Shown: piece by piece, positions 8,660-17,737 of the stretch
Position numbering within the stretch: position 1 is the first letter of the stretch
Layout: each line of letters opens with the position of its first letter
Position numbers and translations under genes: made by a program
Source: Spirochaetia bacterium
GTDB taxonomy: Bacteria > Spirochaetota > Spirochaetia > UBA9216
Direction: 5' to 3'
Assembly (NCBI GenBank): GCA_965140585.1
Contig: OZ223272.1
Location: forward strand, 128,001-192,000
DNA length: 64,000 nt
Notes under the pieces: generated by a model
What the model was told of the DNA's origin: nothing
Database searches by the model: none
The model's input: the letters and a program-made list of their open reading frames with translations, nothing else

Positions 8660-11329
8660 TTAAGCTGCAAGAGTTGTGTTTATTTCATTGATCAATGATT
8701 CAAAATCAGTCCCAAAAATCTGTTTTGCCTTGGATAATCCGCCGTGACGTTCAAAAACCGGCATTATTTCAAAATCTTCACTTGAAATAGCAAGGTTTTC
8801 TATCAAGTGCTCTTTGATATAGGCAAGCCATTCAAGCTGTTCGTCATTAAAAGCATGGGCATTAACAATTTTACCGACAGCCTTTTCTACCCTTTCCTTT
8901 GCAGAAAACAACAGATCTTCCTCATTGGAGGCATGTTTTATCATTGATATGATATCGGCAAGTGGTTTTTTATAAACCAACTCATGCCCTCGCTGCAGAT
9001 CTCTTTCTGAAAAATCACTCTTTTTGAGCTTATCACGCAGCTCATCAAGAGCATCAGTATTCCATCCGGATGGTCTGGAAAGAAGGATCTCAATTGCGTC
9101 TATATGTTCCGGATTATTCCGTACAAACTCATCAAAGAGCTTCAGATAATCTTCAGGTTTTTGGTAATCTCCACCAACGCGGAATAAAACTTCATGCTCA
9201 ACTGTGTCTTTGATATCATATCCCTTTAAAAAGATCTTCCCCGGACGAGGATAATCTTCCAGCAGCTTCTGAAAATCCTTGTTCCTGAGAAGGTTCATGG
9301 TTTCAGTAAAGTTATTTTTAAGATTTTCTTTTAACCCATCGGCAAAAGCCTTTATATCACCGTCCGGAATATATTTCGAAAAAGCTTCCCGTGCTTCTGC
9401 ACCCATGTTGTTCTCAATCCGGCGCAGCCTTTTTATAAGCCTGCTGGTATTATAATCTCTGTCACGGTTATCATAGATACGTTCAATGATTTCGCTTATC
9501 GGAACTGTTTCACTCTGGATGTTGACCTTGAAATCGGTTGTGTTTTTAAAATATTCAATCAAACTGCCGTCAAAGCAATCGAAGATAGTAAACTTTTCCT
9601 TATGGATTTCAGGACATTTGCGGGTTCCCCGCCCCAGCATCTGAACCCACATGATACGTGATTTGACGACACGCATAAATACAACCATTTCTATAGCCGG
9701 AATATCGACACCTGTTGTAAGCATATCAACTGTTACGACAATCTTAGGTTCGGGACGGTTTCGGAACTGACGAATCTTCTGTAATGGACGGTCAACAGTA
9801 GGGCTGCCAGTTATCTTCATTACAAAATCATCACCCTTCCCAAAGATTTCTTTGCATGTATTCACTACTTCATCGGCATGCGAAACGTGCGGCAGGTCAT
9901 TTACAGCAAAGATCAGCATTTTAGGAAAGCGATGGTATTTTTGTTCATGCTCATCTGTATAGACTTTGATAGCAGTGATTATTTTTCTGATACTGTCAGG
10001 CGAGGTGATTTTCTGCTCTATCTCACCGGCACTGAATTCCCGTTCATCCTCCAGCTCATCAAGCTGTTCGGCACCAGTTACCGTATCAATTTCACCAACC
10101 AGTTCACCCTCTTTCAGAAAAGCACCGTTGATATGGATATCTGATTTAATCTTGACCGCATCGTAATCAACTAAATGCCCCTGAAGAACAGCCTGCTCAG
10201 TGCTGTATGTAAACACCTTGTTCTTAAACAAAGCCAGAGTATGAGTTGCAGGAGTAGCTGTAAGCCCAATCTTAACCGCATCAAAATAATCCATGACATA
10301 CTTCCAGCGCCCCGTCTCTTTAGCAGAATAGCCTCGGTGGCATTCATCGGCAATGATTATATCGAAAGTATTAATAGGTATATCCAGCTTGTTTGCTTCT
10401 ACATCATACTCAAAATCGCTTACGGCTTCTTTACCCAAAAGGTTTATAGACATCCTCTGAATTGTAGAGACGTAGATGAATGCATGCTTTTCCTGGGGAT
10501 TTGTTAGATAGGCTTCCGGTAAGACCTGCGGATCAAACTTTGTATCTTCATCAAGATCTTCACGTTTAAATTTCTGACTGTAAACCTCATAATCCTGATT
10601 TAATTTTAAGCCTTCCGGTGTTTCAAAGGCACAGATAGCCGAAACTGCCTGTGCCGCAAGGGCCCGCCTATCAACAAGAAAGAGAATACGCTTTGCATAA
10701 CCTGATTTAAGTAAACGGTAAATTGATGAGACCAGAGTGAATGTCTTACCTGTACCGGTAGCCATTGCGATTAGCATAGTTTTTTTGCCGTTGCAGATTG
10801 CATTTTCAATAGCCTCAACTGCCTCAATCTGGTAAGGACGCAGCCTGGATATTTCTGAAACCGGCCGTTCATCAAACCATTTTTCAGACTGTTCAATATC
10901 ACGGTTGTATTTATCAAGCAGCGCCTGCGGAGAATGAAAATCTGCTATCTGATAAGAGTTATTTTCTCTCTTTCTTACATCAAGATGAAAAATAAGCTCT
11001 CCGTTTGTTGAATATAAAAAAGGAACCTTATATTCCCTCCACTGACCGACTGTCTCAGGGACACCCTTAGAATAGCGCTTTGCCTGTTCAAGAACATTTT
11101 CAGCCCCGACAGATAATTTCTTCGCTTCTATAATTCCAAGCAGCTTTCCCTGCACAAAAAGCGCATAATCAGCAGGGCCAGTCTCAGTTGGATATTCTTC
11201 AACAGCATGGGCAGATAAAGCGGATATGTCCATTCCATTGAAGAATGGCACAATTTCCCAGTTAAGCAGTGGCGAAGTTAGTTTCGTATCTATTCTTTTC
11301 TTTCGGGTTTTAGCTTCTGATTCATTCAT
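8660..11329 (-). CDS. hsdR: Type I RM restriction subunit
   Basis: GPADY...IEAKK nuclease motif, MATGTGKT, DECHR, QMLGRGTR helicase motifs. Confidence 0.95.
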   Translation of the reverse strand: MNESEAKTRKKRIDTKLTSPLLNWEIVPFFNGMDISALSAHAVEEYPTETGPADYALFVQGKLLGIIEAKKLSVGAENVLEQAKRYSKGVPETVGQWREYKVPFLYSTNGELIFHLDVRKRENNSYQIADFHSPQALLDKYNRDIEQSEKWFDERPVSEISRLRPYQIEAVEAIENAICNGKKTMLIAMATGTGKTFTLVSSIYRLLKSGYAKRILFLVDRRALAAQAVSAICAFETPEGLKLNQDYEVYSQKFKREDLDEDTKFDPQVLPEAYLTNPQEKHAFIYVSTIQRMSINLLGKEAVSDFEYDVEANKLDIPINTFDIIIADECHRGYSAKETGRWKYVMDYFDAVKIGLTATPATHTLALFKNKVFTYSTEQAVLQGHLVDYDAVKIKSDIHINGAFLKEGELVGEIDTVTGAEQLDELEDEREFSAGEIEQKITSPDSIRKIITAIKVYTDEHEQKYHRFPKMLIFAVNDLPHVSHADEVVNTCKEIFGKGDDFVMKITGSPTVDRPLQKIRQFRNRPEPKIVVTVDMLTTGVDIPAIEMVVFMRVVKSRIMWVQMLGRGTRKCPEIHKEKFTIFDCFDGSLIEYFKNTTDFKVNIQSETVPISEIIERIYDNRDRDYNTSRLIKRLRRIENNMGAEAREAFSKYIPDGDIKAFADGLKENLKNNFTETMNLLRNKDFQKLLEDYPRPGKIFLKGYDIKDTVEHEVLFRVGGDYQKPEDYLKLFDEFVRNNPEHIDAIEILLSRPSGWNTDALDELRDKLKKSDFSERDLQRGHELVYKKPLADIISMIKHASNEEDLLFSAKERVEKAVGKIVNAHAFNDEQLEWLAYIKEHLIENLAISSEDFEIMPVFERHGGLSKAKQIFGTDFESLINEINTTLAA

Positions 11330-11371
11330 TTATAGACTTTTCCTATCTGGTTGAAATACAAACCAAAAAGA

Positions 11372-11400
11372 ATTATACCAAATATTCATCAGATATTGAA
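11372..11400 (-). promoter_or_regulatory. Sigma70-type promoter of hsdRMS
   Basis: TTCAAT-N17-TATAAT with TG extension. Confidence 0.5.
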
Positions 11401-11406
11401 ATCAAA

Positions 11407-11454
11407 AATCCTCTAAAATCGCTCCCCGCCCTTACCTGATATAATTCGTGGCCA
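11407..11454. repeat. 48-bp direct repeat, copy 1 (downstream of GxxExxY gene)
   Basis: AATCCTCTAAAATCGCTCCCCGCCCTTACCTGATATAATTCGTGGCCA; 46/48 identical to copy 2. Confidence 0.9.
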
Positions 11455-11476
11455 CCCCTCTCCCCCTATAAGAGGC

Positions 11477-11839
11477 CTAAACAACAAGACGCTTCCATTC
11501 AAGGCTTGAGACCTGAAAGTTTACAAGTAAACCAAGTTTGCAGCCTGAAATATGCAGATAATTGATAAGCTGGGCAGTGTGTTCAGGGGCCAACGTCTTT
11601 ACAGACTTGAGTTCTATAATTACTTTGTTTTCTACAACAAGATCAGCAAAATACTCACCTACCGTTTCCCCCCTGTATTTAACTGTAAACGGAACATTGT
11701 ACCCCGTACTTAAACCAGCAGCCTTTAGCTCATAATAAAGCGCATTATGATAGCACTGCTCAAGCAGCCCGGGGCCAAGCCCACTGTGAACTGCCATACA
11801 GCAGCCGATAATTTGAAAAGAAAGCTCTTTGTGAACCAT
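11477..11839 (-). CDS. GxxExxY protein (PD-(D/E)xK-like)
   Basis: LGPGLLEQCY, ADLVVE...IELKS, AQLINYL, GLLVNF; start placed at ATG 11839 after AGGAGG. Confidence 0.92.
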   Translation of the reverse strand: MVHKELSFQIIGCCMAVHSGLGPGLLEQCYHNALYYELKAAGLSTGYNVPFTVKYRGETVGEYFADLVVENKVIIELKSVKTLAPEHTAQLINYLHISGCKLGLLVNFQVSSLEWKRLVV

Positions 11840-11842
11840 ACC

Positions 11843-11973
11843 GGTCCTCCTTCGTTTTCTTTCCGTAAATACGAAGTTCACTTTTTCGGAGGTCAAGGAT
11901 TTGCCGAAGGCAAACTTGCTGCAGTCCTTGACCGGAGAAAAATGAACAGTAAAATTAAAAGAACGAAGGAACC
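11843..11973. other. Long imperfect inverted repeat (hairpin) upstream of GxxExxY
   Basis: Nested arms 11848-56/11962-70, 11876-87/11937-47, 11891-99/11925-33; inner TTTGCC-GAA-GGCAAA. Confidence 0.8.
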
Positions 11974-12010
11974 ATATTGAATAGCCTGGCCCTCCCTTCT
12001 CCCGCTCCTC

Positions 12011-12058
12011 AATCCTCTAAAATCGCTCCCCGCCCTTACCCGATAAAATTCGTGGCCA
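12011..12058. repeat. 48-bp direct repeat, copy 2 (upstream of GxxExxY gene)
   Basis: AATCCTCTAAAATCGCTCCCCGCCCTTACCCGATAAAATTCGTGGCCA. Confidence 0.9.
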
Positions 12059-12110
12059 AGGATTCTACAAATTAATCACCAAATACTACCCGCTATAGCC
12101 AGATACCTGC

Positions 12111-12149
12111 TTGCATCAACAATATTGTCTGACTAAAATCAGATAATAT
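12111..12149 (+). promoter_or_regulatory. Promoter with overlapping palindromic operator for the MarR-GNAT gene
   Basis: TTGCAT-N17-TAAAAT; ATATTGTCTGA-N6-TCAGATAATAT inverted repeat spans the -10. Confidence 0.6.
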
Positions 12150-12996
12150 GAATAATATTGAGATTATGCGGGAATTCAACCGCACCGTAACCCGAAGCAT
12201 TGGTATATTCAACGGACAGTATCTCGGCCGGCCAAGGCCTCTGGCTGCCTCGCGATTAATCTATGAAATAGGCACACAAGGGGCGGAGATACGCTCACTG
12301 AGGGACAGGCTCGGCGTTGATTCAGGCTACATGTCACGCCTGCTTCGTATGCTTGAAAAGGAATCACTGATTAATATTGAACCGTCTCCAAAGGATCGAA
12401 GAATTCGGCAGGTCCAGCTGACCGGAGCGGGAATTCTTGAACTGAAGGAACTGAACAGACTTTCAGATCTTGAGATGACAACATTACTGAAAAAACTGCC
12501 TGAAAAAAAACAGCAGCTTCTTACCGAAGCAATGAAAACAGTCGAACAGCTGCTTGAAACAGCTGCTGTTCAATTGATAAGAGTCGAAGAATCTGATACC
12601 CGGGCCCAGAAAGCTCTTGAATCGTACTATTCTGAACTTTCAGACAGATTCGGGAGGCACTTCGATCCGGGACAAATGGAGAACGGTATATTTTTTATTG
12701 TGGAGCTTCATGGAGAAACAGTCGGATGCGGAGCTGTGGTGATGTATCCTGATTTTGCCGAGGTGAAAAGAATGTGGGTAGCTCCGTCATGCAGAGGCCG
12801 GGGAATCGCTTCAAAAATACTTACACAGCTTGAAGAAGAAGCCCTCCGGGCCGGACAAAAAACCGTCCGGCTGGATACCAACGATAATCTGAACGAAGCA
12901 AAGGCTATGTATCGCAGATACGGTTATCATGAAATTAAAAGGTATAATGACAATCCATTCGCTCAGCATTTCTATGAAAAGGTTATTGCGCCCTGA
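12148..12996 (+). CDS. MarR-family wHTH fused to GNAT acetyltransferase
   Basis: DSGYMSRLL...DRR wHTH; EVKRMWV, RGRGIA, RLDTN, YNDNP GNAT motifs. Confidence 0.88.
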   Translation: MNNIEIMREFNRTVTRSIGIFNGQYLGRPRPLAASRLIYEIGTQGAEIRSLRDRLGVDSGYMSRLLRMLEKESLINIEPSPKDRRIRQVQLTGAGILELKELNRLSDLEMTTLLKKLPEKKQQLLTEAMKTVEQLLETAAVQLIRVEESDTRAQKALESYYSELSDRFGRHFDPGQMENGIFFIVELHGETVGCGAVVMYPDFAEVKRMWVAPSCRGRGIASKILTQLEEEALRAGQKTVRLDTNDNLNEAKAMYRRYGYHEIKRYNDNPFAQHFYEKVIAP

Positions 12997-12997
12997 A

Positions 12998-13540
12998 CTA
13001 TGCTAAAACTCTCTCCCGGTAGATAATATCCAGAGCTATTTCAATGGCCTTGGTTATCGCGACCCCGCAGGATGGATGTTTGATATTGTACTCATTTCCG
13101 TTTTCATTATCCATGCTAGGTACAAAATTCAGCTCCTCGGGCATATCCCAGCTGAAAGATTCAAGCTCAGACTCCAGTATGTCCTCACAGAGCGTAGTGC
13201 TCAGTAAATCCTTAAATCTTGCGACAAATTCCTCAGTAAGCTCCCCGAGCTTTTGATCACGGGCGGTTTCATCAGCATTCTTTTTCAAAGATTCCGCTCC
13301 GAATTCCAGCCCCAACGCTACTCCGGCGGCAGTAACAGCACCGCAAAGCTGCCCATGCCTCATCCCTCCGCCCATAGCGGCCATTATTTTAAGAGCCATA
13401 GACTCATCAAGACCGATATAAGGCGCTATCCCGCACAGACAGGCCTGTGAACAGTGATTATTAAGGCTCTTTGTCTGGAGCCCCAGGCTGCATGCCTTAT
13501 AAATTAATTCAGCTTTTTTACTCTCGACTAAATTTTCCAT
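12998..13540 (-). CDS. C-GCAxxG-C-C family putative redox protein
   Basis: CSQA, GGGM..GQLCGAVT, TTLC, C-terminal Cys. Confidence 0.8.
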   Translation of the reverse strand: MENLVESKKAELIYKACSLGLQTKSLNNHCSQACLCGIAPYIGLDESMALKIMAAMGGGMRHGQLCGAVTAAGVALGLEFGAESLKKNADETARDQKLGELTEEFVARFKDLLSTTLCEDILESELESFSWDMPEELNFVPSMDNENGNEYNIKHPSCGVAITKAIEIALDIIYRERVLA

Positions 13541-13545
13541 CTTAA

Positions 13546-13595
13546 AATCCTCTTAAATCTCTCCCAGCCCTTTCCAAATATACAATTCGTGGCTA
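13546..13595. repeat. Diverged third copy of the GxxExxY-flanking repeat
   Basis: AATCCTCTTAAATCTCTCCCAGCCCTTTCC...AATTCGTGGCTA, same orientation. Confidence 0.75.
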
Positions 13596-13600
13596 AACCA

Positions 13601-14011
13601 CTATTTCCCCATATTCTCAAGAAAAGCGTACAAATCAGGGGCACGTTTTTTAAGGTTGATCACATTAAGATTCGTATCTGTCCAGCCGTGCATGGTCTTA
13701 CCGGTGGCAAGCAGTTCACCGTCATCCTTGCGTCTAACCTCATAGGCCATGGCAAATCTTGCTATCGTAAGTTTTTCAACAATACACTTAACGATGATTC
13801 TTTCACTGTATTTTGCGCCAGCCATGTAATCGCATTCAAGATGCGAAAGTGGAGTCATAATTCCCTCAGATTCTATTCTCGTATACGGGTATCCGGCTTT
13901 CTCAAGCATATCAGTTCGGGCAGCTTCAAACCATATGGGATATACAGAATGGTGAACGACACCCATCTGATCAGTCTCAGCATATCTAACAATTATTTCA
14001 GTTTCTGTCAT
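13601..14011 (-). CDS. Acyl-CoA thioesterase (YbgC/4HBT hotdog family)
   Basis: VRYAETDQMGVVHHSVY..WFE.AR. Confidence 0.9.
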   Translation of the reverse strand: MTETEIIVRYAETDQMGVVHHSVYPIWFEAARTDMLEKAGYPYTRIESEGIMTPLSHLECDYMAGAKYSERIIVKCIVEKLTIARFAMAYEVRRKDDGELLATGKTMHGWTDTNLNVINLKKRAPDLYAFLENMGK

Positions 14012-14042
14012 GCGCTGAGATTATCACGATTTTATTTGCCAG

Positions 14043-14489
14043 TCAAACTTTCAAATCCATATTATGGCTTTCTTTATAATGCGATGATTTTATAAATCCC
14101 ATGTTCTCATACAAACATGATGCAGGTTCGCTGTCTGTATATAAACGAATCCGGTAAAAATTTTCTGAAGCATGTTCTATAATCCGGGTCAGCAGCAGCT
14201 TTCCAAAGCCCTGACGCCGGTATGCCTCACATACAAACAAATGCCTGACCCTCCCAAGATGCAAATCATCAGCATAGGGATCAATATTTAAGCCGCATAT
14301 TCCTACACAATTATCTCCTGCAAAAAGACCGAGAAGTAATTCACCTTTTCGGTTAAATCTGTTTTTTCCAGAAAACCATTCATCAATAGCTGATACAACA
14401 AATGGGAAATCTGCCGCAGTCCTGTCTTTCAACAGGCTTGATAAACAGGTATAATTCGCTTCCGTAATCTGCTTAATTTTGCAATCCAC
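14043..14489 (-). CDS. GNAT N-acetyltransferase
   Basis: GLNIDPY, RVRHLFV, RRQGFG, LYENMGF. Confidence 0.85.
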   Translation of the reverse strand: MDCKIKQITEANYTCLSSLLKDRTAADFPFVVSAIDEWFSGKNRFNRKGELLLGLFAGDNCVGICGLNIDPYADDLHLGRVRHLFVCEAYRRQGFGKLLLTRIIEHASENFYRIRLYTDSEPASCLYENMGFIKSSHYKESHNMDLKV

Positions 14490-14592
14490 GGTTATATAAT
14501 ATACCCTTAAAGAATATGGGTTAAGCCCGGACTGAGGGGCTTGAACTATTTATTATTTATTTTGTAATAATTACTAATCAACATTTTCTAAC

Positions 14593-15561
14593 ATGGAGAT
14601 TCGAATGTATAAAAAATTTCTTTTGGTACTTCTGATGCTTATGCTCACAGTATTTGCTTTTTCAGCAGGAAATTCAGAAAAAAGTACAGATATCAATAAA
14701 GTTGAACAGATAACTCACATTCGTCTTGGAGTTCTTCCGGACGTTGATTCAATACCATTTGTTATAGCCGATCTTAACGGCTACTATGCAGAAGAAGGAA
14801 TTGAAGTTGAAATAATGCAGTTCAAAAACCCCAACGACAGGGATGCAGCCTTTCAGGCAGGAGAAATAGATCTGGTGATTTCGGATCTGCTTGCCGCTGC
14901 ATTTTCTGTGAACGGAGGCTTTGACGTCCGGGCCGTTGCGGCTACAAACGGTTCATATAAACTGCTCACATCAGCAGAATCGGGAATTACATCCATAAGC
15001 GATCTTACCGGTAAAAGCATAGGTATCTCAAAGAATACAATAATCGAATATGCAACCGATAAAATGCTCAAAGCGGGCGGATTATCCGATTCAGTTATTG
15101 TTAAGGAAATTATCCCCCAGATTCCCGTCAGACTTGAACTTCTTTCAAACAGCAAGATTGACGGAGCAACCCTCGCAGAACCGCTTGCGACTGTATCGGT
15201 AACTTCCGGAGCAAATGTGCTCACATCTACCGATAAACTCGGTATCAATCCGGGAATTCTGCTTGCGGGAACCGACTACGCAGCCGAAAACAGCGAGGCA
15301 TTAACTGCTCTTTTTACAGCCTACAACAAGGCGGTTGATTATCTCATCGAAACAGATAAAAATGAGTACATCGACAGCATTATAATCGAGATGGGATTTC
15401 CTCCGGCAGCAAAGGAAGTCATGGAACTTCCGGCATACACAAAGGCAGCAGCCCCTCCGGAGAAGGAAGTAAAAGAGGTAATCGAATGGCTGAGCTCAAG
15501 ACAGCTTATCAAAAAAGAATACTCATACGGGGAGCTGGTAGATACATCCTACCTGCCCTGA
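14593..15561 (+). CDS. NitT/TauT-family ABC substrate-binding protein
   Basis: Signal peptide (AFSAGNSE); GVLPDVDSIP, GYYAEEG, AFQAGEID, DLTGKSIG. Confidence 0.85.
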   Translation: MEIRMYKKFLLVLLMLMLTVFAFSAGNSEKSTDINKVEQITHIRLGVLPDVDSIPFVIADLNGYYAEEGIEVEIMQFKNPNDRDAAFQAGEIDLVISDLLAAAFSVNGGFDVRAVAATNGSYKLLTSAESGITSISDLTGKSIGISKNTIIEYATDKMLKAGGLSDSVIVKEIIPQIPVRLELLSNSKIDGATLAEPLATVSVTSGANVLTSTDKLGINPGILLAGTDYAAENSEALTALFTAYNKAVDYLIETDKNEYIDSIIIEMGFPPAAKEVMELPAYTKAAAPPEKEVKEVIEWLSSRQLIKKEYSYGELVDTSYLP

Positions 15562-16304
15562 TTTTATCCTCATTTTTCTTCCTTTGGGAAACAGCGGCAG
15601 TACTGGCAGATACGCCCTTGCTGCCGCGATTCTCTGACAGCATCTACAATATTCCATTCAGCCCCGGACTTATCAAGCACATGCTTTACAGTCTCTGCAG
15701 AATAGCCGCCGGCAGCCTGATAGCAGCACTGATTGGGATACCTGCAGGTATTGCTGCCGGTATCCGCGGCCGCAGGCTTAGCAGACCTTCAGGAAAAGGC
15801 TTCATAAGCATTGCCTCCTACCTGCTCTACCCCCTTCCCAAAACGGCCCTGATTCCGATATTCGTACTGGCCTTCGGGATAGGAGAGTTTTCAAAAGTAC
15901 TTCTTATCACCTTTTCGCTTGTCTTCCAGATTATCATCAGCGTCAGGGACAGCACCGCCGGGATTGATGAAAGCTACTATAAATCCCTGCAGGCTTCCGG
16001 AGGTGGTAAAACGGATGAGTTGAGGTATCTGATCATGCCGGCAGTGCTTCCGGGGCTGTTTTCAACATTACGGATTTCAGCAGGAATCTCAGTGGCAGTA
16101 CTTTTTTTCTCTGAATATTTCGGAACAACCTATGGTATGGGCTTCTATATAATGGACTCACGGGTACGGATGAATTACACGGATCTATACAGCGGTATCC
16201 TGGTACTAACTTTTATTAGCGGAGTAATTTTTGGAACAATCAGGCTGGCAGAGGGACTGATGTGCAGATGGAATACTCGAAAGGACTCAGGCCTTCCACT
16301 TTAA
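15486..16304 (+). CDS. NitT/TauT-family ABC permease
   Basis: SLCRI, YPLPKTALIP, EAA-like loop, PAVLP, SEYFG. Confidence 0.85.
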   Translation: MAELKTAYQKRILIRGAGRYILPALILSSFFFLWETAAVLADTPLLPRFSDSIYNIPFSPGLIKHMLYSLCRIAAGSLIAALIGIPAGIAAGIRGRRLSRPSGKGFISIASYLLYPLPKTALIPIFVLAFGIGEFSKVLLITFSLVFQIIISVRDSTAGIDESYYKSLQASGGGKTDELRYLIMPAVLPGLFSTLRISAGISVAVLFFSEYFGTTYGMGFYIMDSRVRMNYTDLYSGILVLTFISGVIFGTIRLAEGLMCRWNTRKDSGLPL

Positions 16305-16910
16305 TAGCCGTTTTTCAGCTAAATCAATAATTATAAAAAGTGCCAATCCCGATACGGCAGACAGCAAAATCGCCAGAGCCATCGCCCTATAATCGAGCCT
16401 GGACCAGCTTTCAATTACCAGTCTGCCGAGTCCGTAGCCTCTGGTGATAGAAGCTTCTGTAAAAAAAAGCACCGCAAAAGCAGCCCCTACTCCGATCCTC
16501 AACGAGGTGAATATTGACGGCAGAGCTGCCGGCAGATAAAGGAATATGAATCTCTGAAAACGACCGGCACCGGCTGAATCAATGGAAACCCTGTATTCAT
16601 ACGGAAGCCCTCGAATGCTGTCAATTACAGTAATTAGGGTCTGAAAAAAAACAACAAGGGCTGCAGTCATTATTCTGGCAGCATCATTAAGTCCGAAAAC
16701 AAGCAGTGCAAGCGGGAAAAGCGCTATTTTTGGGATGGAGTACAGAAACATGATAAGCGGTGAAAACAGTCTACATAGAAAAGGTTTTGTTCCGGTAAAC
16801 ACCGCTGCCGGAACTGCTGCTGCAACTGCAATTAACAAAGAAACTAATATTCTTCCCAGAGAGAAGGCCACAGCTGAGACAATTTCAGAAAAAGCAGGAA
16901 GATCACCCAT
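16287..16910 (-). CDS. NitT/TauT-family ABC permease (second, opposite strand)
   Basis: SLGRI, YSIPKIALFP, LPAALPSIFTSLRI, FTEA. Confidence 0.85.
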   Translation of the reverse strand: MGDLPAFSEIVSAVAFSLGRILVSLLIAVAAAVPAAVFTGTKPFLCRLFSPLIMFLYSIPKIALFPLALLVFGLNDAARIMTAALVVFFQTLITVIDSIRGLPYEYRVSIDSAGAGRFQRFIFLYLPAALPSIFTSLRIGVGAAFAVLFFTEASITRGYGLGRLVIESWSRLDYRAMALAILLSAVSGLALFIIIDLAEKRLLKWKA

Positions 16911-17652
16911 ACTTCAGCCTTTTTCTGAGCTCCTTCACAGTCGAAAAGTACTGATCATCAAGGCGGACATCAGGCCTGCCCCATGAAGGATTGGGCAGCT
17001 CGTCAAAGACTGCACCATTATCAGTTTTTTTCATAATCATCAGACGGGAGCCCATGTAAACGGCTTCCTCGACACTGTGCGTCACCATTATCATCATCAG
17101 CTTATGCTGCATGATTACATCCTTCACCATATCCTGCAGATGCTCCCTGCTTATAGCGTCGAGAGCCGAAAATGGCTCATCCATCAGAAGAACCTCCGGT
17201 TTGGCTACTATTGCTCTTGCGATTGCCACCCGCTGCTGTTCGCCGCCGCTGAGGTTCGACGGATACTCCTTTTCCTTTAGTTCAAGCCCGAGCTCCCTAA
17301 GTATATCCATAACCCGGCCCCGGGAATCGGCAGATGCAGCCCTGCCTCTGAAACCGCCTTTTATTCTGAGACTCAGAGACGCATTTTCAAAAACAGTCAT
17401 CCATGGAAAAAGTCCGTAATTCTGAAGTATAAGCCCAACCCTGGAATCCCCGCGCTGAAGCGGCATTCCATCCAGTCTTACACTGCCGACAGAGGGACTG
17501 AGCAATCCCGAGGCTGTCAGGACCAGAGTAGACTTCCCGCAGCCGGAAGCTCCCACTATGCTAACCGAATCTCCCGGAACAAAGGAATATGAGAGGTCAT
17601 CAAAAATAATATTGTCACCATATGCAGCTCTGCAGCCGCTTATTTCAAGCAT
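16903..17652 (-). CDS. NitT/TauT-family ABC ATPase
   Basis: GASGCGKS, LFPWMTV, LSGGEQQR, MDEPFSALD, VTHSVEEA. Confidence 0.92.
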   Translation of the reverse strand: MLEISGCRAAYGDNIIFDDLSYSFVPGDSVSIVGASGCGKSTLVLTASGLLSPSVGSVRLDGMPLQRGDSRVGLILQNYGLFPWMTVFENASLSLRIKGGFRGRAASADSRGRVMDILRELGLELKEKEYPSNLSGGEQQRVAIARAIVAKPEVLLMDEPFSALDAISREHLQDMVKDVIMQHKLMMIMVTHSVEEAVYMGSRLMIMKKTDNGAVFDELPNPSWGRPDVRLDDQYFSTVKELRKRLKYG

Positions 17653-17737
17653 TTTCCACCCGAATTTAAAAGTTTTTTCGATAAATTATTACCTAAAAGC
17701 TTACCTTTTTCAATATTTATTATATAGTATACCGCAC

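Noticed and set aside
11840-11896. Longer TTG start of the GxxExxY ORF given in the track
   Set aside because: The extension lies inside the hairpin; AGGAGG precedes ATG 11839 and family similarity starts there
11407-13595. The three 48-bp repeats as a CRISPR array or integron attC sites
   Set aside because: Spacing is 0.6-1.5 kb, the repeats are not palindromic, there are no GTTRRRY cores, and no cas or intI gene is in the window
14521-14544. Hairpin upstream of the ABC substrate-binding gene as a riboswitch
   Set aside because: Too short, and no TPP/FMN/SAM/cobalamin consensus is recognisable
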